Shown here: one piece after another, positions 63,401 through 64,000 of the stretch
How the letters are laid out: the number at the start of each line of letters is the position of its first letter
How positions within the stretch are numbered: position 1 is the stretch's first letter
Source: Mytilus trossulus
Taxonomy: Eukaryota
NCBI RefSeq assembly: GCF_036588685.1
Contig: NC_086374.1
Location: forward strand, 29,326,001 to 29,390,000
Reading direction: 5' to 3'
Length of the DNA: 64,000 bases
Notes under the pieces: model-generated
Databases searched by the model: none
What the model saw: the letters and a program-made list of their open reading frames with translations, nothing else
What the model was told of the DNA's origin: nothing
Made by a program: the position numbers and the translations under genes

Positions 63401-63693
63401 TAAATGGAGAAAAGTATGTAAATCTATATTCATGCAAGTGAGTGAAATTTTCAGTTTTAGCTGTCACAGGTAAAATTTAAAAGATCAGAATTGATTAATG
63501 ATTTTTTTTGTATCTTTCAGCTCAGGAGCTGTTGGTTATTCTAAATCACCATACGGCCAGGGAACAGGACAGATCTTATTGGACGATGTACATTGTATAG
63601 GAACAGAAACTACCATGCTTAATTGTAATCATACTGCAATTGGTACCAGTAACTGTAAGCATACAGAAGATGTAGGAGTTAAATGTCAAACTA
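42458..63693 (+). CDS. Multi-SRCR (group A) scavenger receptor / DMBT1-like protein, partial. Exons 42458-42617, 46985-47166, 48312-48471, 49359-49537, 49771-49933, 51132-51301, 51778-51934, 63521-63693
   Basis: Four SRCR domains, each RL..G....GRVE.....WG.ICDD.FD...A..VC / ..IWLDDV.C.G.E..L..C.H..WG..NC.H.EDV.V.C, with alternating phase 1/2 introns in a continuous frame. Start exon not identified; gene continues beyond the window. Confidence 0.93.
43130..43465 (+). repeat. Interspersed repeat; inverted relative at ~28280-28560
   Basis: 'ggttcaatccaccattttctacat' here and its reverse complement at ~28410-28435. Confidence 0.7.
43652..44778 (+). mobile_element. Internally deleted, decayed hAT-like transposon with 5-bp TSD (hAT5-like)
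   Basis: AACAT|CAGGCGCGTAGCT ... AGCTACGCCCCTG|AACAT; relic peptides [20 protein letters not shown] and RPTM....[11 protein letters not shown]...IDKVIEKF resemble ZMYM1/PRKRIR-type hAT C-termini. Confidence 0.75.
45045..46271. mobile_element. MITE with AGGGGT.GAA/TTCAACCCCTG ends and 6-bp TSD TTGTAG, containing a nested element
   Basis: TSD at 45039-45044 and 46272-46277; the uninterrupted empty site is seen in the repeat copy at ~47690-47730. Confidence 0.8.
45091..46067. mobile_element. Nested TGT-terminated element with 4-bp TSD GGCC (Ginger-like non-autonomous)
   Basis: GGCC|TGTGACA ... TGTTCACA|GGCC; inverted subterminal 'cataatatttgttcc' / 'ggaacaagtattatg'. Confidence 0.6.
47212..47373. 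mobile_element. CAGTGGCGGATCC-type MITE with 5-bp TSD GATTG; relative at ~58247-58380
   Basis: GATTG|CAGTGGCGGATCCAG ... CTGGATCCGCCTTTG|GATTG; shared internal sequence with the second copy. Confidence 0.75.
47686..48250 (+). repeat. Repeat with long internal hairpin; second, interrupted copy at ~45005-45044 plus 46272-46850
   Basis: ttgatgcaagctatactttattgtagttttaacatgg ... ccatgttaaaactacaataaagtatagcttgcatcaa, followed by ~400 bp shared with 46400-46830. Confidence 0.8.
50025..50425 (+). repeat. Interspersed repeat; inverted fragments at ~20340-20380, ~28630-28700 and ~58400-58535
   Basis: 'agaagatgtggtatgattgc.aatg.gacaactctccac..gagaccaaatgaca' recurs in the window. Confidence 0.7.
50633..50774. 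mobile_element. 142-bp MITE with GAGGGG termini and AGTTAT TSD; same end architecture as the 10.7-kb element
   Basis: AGTTAT|GAGGGGCCTTGATG ... CATCAGGCCCCTC|AGTTAT; internal same-strand (A/T)TCAC(G/A) repeats. Confidence 0.8.
51913..52191 (+). repeat. 29-bp minisatellite derived from the SRCR exon end plus 5' splice site (left part)
   Basis: Unit gtc(g/a)aatgttacatttaccattgtaag(t/c)a; the first unit overlaps the exon end at 51934. Confidence 0.93.
52973..62519 (-). CDS. Putative P-element/THAP9-like DDE transposase, ~1472 aa. Exons 62519-62192, 58865-58650, 57838-57713, 57231-57048, 56537-52973
   Basis: All GT-AG, phases 1,1,1,2 compatible, 4419 nt with no internal stop. Motifs, numbered in the 1172-aa ORF: AID204GTALK, IITTD370CESGN, PD403CVH406VGK, RMDV, TTVVE930NLH. 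A BED-like CGIC..HFDAC is formed across exons 3/4. Confidence 0.8.
59650..60222. mobile_element. MITE (Kolobok-like AGG termini) nested in intron 1 of the transposase gene
   Basis: TIR aggagtaggtccggtaagga / tcttaccggacctactcct. Confidence 0.75.
60342..61694 (+). repeat. Diverged ~550-bp direct repeats (60342-60907 and 61166-61694)
   Basis: Both start gggctaaagttttat..tagttgggaaag and end ttttcagttggcactggaca. Confidence 0.88.
61935..62165. repeat. 26-bp minisatellite (~9 copies)
   Basis: Unit ttttatatgtactataacagaaagag. Confidence 0.93.
62549..62563 (-). promoter_or_regulatory. TATA box (TATATAAA) plus ETS motif just upstream of the transposase ATG
   Basis: Plus-strand ccggaagtttatata, 30-44 bp upstream of ATG 62519. 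Confidence 0.5.
62916..63302 (+). repeat. Right part of the 29-bp splice-donor minisatellite, with an internal TTTACA microsatellite
   Basis: Resumes in register after the transposon TSD. Confidence 0.92.
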
Positions 63694-64000
63694 GTAAGTA
63701 CTAAATTAGTACTGTAGATCTATCACTATTTGAAAATCGGCGCAGCTTGGCCTGAGAATCTACGCCTATTGAACTATTGATGTTATGCTACAATCACTTT
63801 TCCATTTAGGGGTCAGATGTTTTCTATTAAGACTTCAAAAATTTTCATGAACCTTTGTGTTGCCCAGTATTGGCGGAAAAATAGCTAGATAATTTGTATT
63901 GAATAAACTTCAATCTGTCTGCCAGTATGTTAAAGTAATTCAGAAATTATGGCAAGGTTTTTATTTATGTGAACTTAGTGAGTAGATGAGTTTTACATTA

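Overview
AT-rich, intron-rich, repeat-rich eukaryotic DNA. The repeat families and gene content suggest a bivalve mollusc, probably Mytilus; this is an inference. There are four main components. (1) A flotillin-1 gene on the minus strand (ATG at 18801, 3' end beyond the left edge). It carries five tandem 91-nt versions of coding exon 3 and two 96-nt versions of coding exon 6, i.e. two putative mutually exclusive exon clusters giving up to 10 isoforms. (2) Three paralogous single-exon genes of a family I cannot name. Two end in CC-x-I-L prenylation/palmitoylation tails, and two share an upstream block with STAT-GAS and ETS motifs. (3) A multi-SRCR (DMBT1-like) gene on the plus strand, with 4 group-A domains visible, each split over two exons, and one probable GC-AG intron. 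(4) A 10.7-kb DNA transposon (52192-62915) inserted antisense in an SRCR intron, inside a minisatellite derived from the exon's own splice donor. It has 14-bp GAGGGG.. TIRs and an ACCATT target duplication. It encodes an apparently intact, hand-spliced 5-exon ~1472-aa P-element-like DDE transposase with a BED-like finger, a Cys-rich insertion, and an NHL-like beta-propeller plus SAP motif inside the catalytic core. A 142-bp MITE with the same end architecture lies nearby. Also present: many MITEs (some nested), a decayed hAT-like element, LINE/SINE relics, satellites, an assembly gap, and three ~30-bp palindromes with 7-bp duplications that resemble P-type excision footprints. All coordinates and splice models were read by hand.
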